DNA from: Lama glama
Lineage: Eukaryota
DNA length: 64,000 nt
Assembly: GCA_028534125.1 (NCBI GenBank)
Contig: CM052849.1
Location: 18,972,001-19,036,000 of the forward strand
Direction of reading: 5' to 3'
Position 1 is the stretch's first letter; each line of letters begins with the position of its first letter. The translations under genes and the position numbers were made by a program. The notes under the pieces were generated by a model. The model was not told the DNA's origin, did no database searches, and saw nothing but the letters and a program-made list of their open reading frames with translations. Positions 62,451 through 64,000 of the stretch are shown here, one piece after another.

Positions 62451-63639
62451 AACCAAATTCTACTTCCTCCCAGTCTAGTGAAAGGGAGATGCAGATCTCA
62501 GCCCAAGGTGCAGAATTGGATCATGGAGGCACTTTTCCCTTGTTACTCCATGAAAAGGTTGTAACATTCCACACGTTTTACCTAAAAAAGTCTAAATTTC
62601 TGAAGCCTCTGGCGAAGGACAGAGGCACATTCCACATGGCGTTGATGGAGTAGGAGCAAAGAGCAGCTGGGCGTGACTGCTCACTTAGCAACCACACACC
62701 ACCCTCTCGGGGGCTCGTACCCCACTCCCCCGCCTGGCACACTCGGTGCTGGGGCTCACCTCCCCCTCGCAGGCATTTATATTTTCACTTTGGCTCTGGT
62801 GACACTTTGTTTGACATCTTTTCCAGAGGTTGAGGCTACTCTGGAGAAGTAAAGGGAGGTCAGATTAATGGCGAGATCACTGGGTTTCTAGACGTCAGGG
62901 AGAAGTTTGCACTGGAATCGGGGGGCAGATACAGAATGTTTAGTTTGCAAATCACAGTGAGCTCACAAACACAGCCAGTCTTTGCACAAACGTAGAGCAC
63001 GTGTCCACAGCGAGGGCTCTCGCAGACTTCTGCCTCCATCAGTGAGAGAGGAAATGCTCTTCATCACGTTTGCACGAGACACGTTGCATCGATGGGCTTC
63101 GCAATATTTCATAGCTCACTCTGACTTTCCTTTGAAGAGGATCGATTTTCATCACAGCAGTTGGGGGAAGGAAAAAAAAAAAAGCCCTGGCTCCTTGAAT
63201 CTGAACTTCTTTCCCAGTCTTGAAAACGCAAAGTTCGCCATTATAAGACCAGCCAGGATATTAGACACATTTGAGACCCAGCTGGAGTGTATTTCAGAGC
63301 CAGGCAGCTGATGTCAATTTTCCCGAATTCGCATCTCCTCTTTTTACTGCATTAGCTCGAGGCGGCTCTGGTTCAGGGCGATCCGAGCGGTGCCAAGTCA
63401 TAAAGGAACCAAGTTATGAGGAAATGGAGAAAGCAGATGTTTTATGCACGTTCCCCCGAAGAGATGAATTGGGGGTGATGTATAGCTGATGGTGCCATTG
63501 AGAAAAGTGGAGGCGAGGACCACGTGTCCACTCAGGAGACCCGAAGTAGTTTCAACCCCATGACTCCCCTCTGCATTTTATCAGCAAACGCCGCCCCCGA
63601 CCGTGCGGCGGACAGTGAGCAAGATCACAGCCGGTAAAG

Positions 63640-64000
63640 ATCAAAGTGCTACCATCCCAGGTTCCCGTGACCACAGGGCTTTGATGGGGAGACAAGCGTA
63701 GAAAGAGGGGGTTGACAATATTTGCAGCCCACGACACAGACGTGGAGCAGAATCAGGCAGAAGAAAAAGAGGAACAACTTGATGGAAAACAAGCAAAGAC
63801 TATGAACGGGATGTTGGCCAAACAGGAAATCAAAGTTACCAATAAACTGAAGGGGAAACACTCGGCCAGCATCCCTGGGAACTCGGGACGCGTACGTGAA
63901 AACGAGATGCTGTTTCTCGCCCATCAGGTTAGTGTCAGTTCGAGCCCTTAATAGTCTCTGCTGTCGCTGGGGGTGCACGAGGAACAGAGACCCACATGCC
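63640..64000 (+). mobile_element. Very old, CpG-enriched L1 ORF2-end fragment
   Basis: atatttgcagc..acagac; ggaaatcaaagttaccaataaa; gagatgctgtttctcgcccatcaggtt resembles L1 gagataccattttt..cccatcagattgg. Confidence 0.5.

Larger units (their letters stand above)
1..64000 (+). other. TMEM132C: Gene body (introns flanking one internal exon) of a TMEM132-family gene, most likely TMEM132C introns 2 and 3
   Basis: Inferred from the single recognisable internal exon at 44520-44663. No other exon, start or terminal exon was recognised. TMEM132 genes are known to have very large introns. Confidence 0.82.

Noticed and set aside
63712-63951. Charged 79-aa ORF resembling an exon
   Set aside because: Overlaps a decayed L1 ORF2-end remnant and does not resemble the next TMEM132C exon as I recall it (SSSLFNEVVQMNFEI..).
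1-64000. CRISPR arrays, operons or prokaryote-type defence systems
   Set aside because: This is mammalian intronic DNA, with no regularly spaced repeat-spacer array or gene cluster.

Overview
This window is mammalian genomic DNA, most likely camelid: it carries tRNA-derived Vic-1-like SINEs and cetartiodactyl-type L1 tails, and I saw no Alu, BovB/Bov-A or PRE-1. It appears to lie entirely inside one large + strand gene, which I recognise as TMEM132C. The only supportable coding sequence is one 144-nt internal exon (44520-44663, probably exon 3) within an intragenic CpG island. The rest is intronic: old eutherian repeats (MIR, L2, MLT1/MLT2, MER5/20/58/63, HAL1, L1M), younger L1 3' fragments, solo LTRs, SINEs, microsatellites and nine N-gaps. 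The other six-frame ORFs look like chance ORFs or repeat remnants. I found no evidence of a new multi-gene system. The most interesting signals are: (i) extreme GC fixation at the exon (47/47 complete codons end in G/C) and CpG gain in nearby old repeats, suggesting GC-biased gene conversion; (ii) an L1 fragment whose 3' end is replaced by ~250 nt of non-L1 sequence ending in AATAAA; (iii) an unexplained ~107-bp dispersed duplication; (iv) an apparent one-codon shortening of the exon versus human. Repeat subfamily names and human comparisons come from memory of consensus sequences, and most repeat boundaries are approximate.
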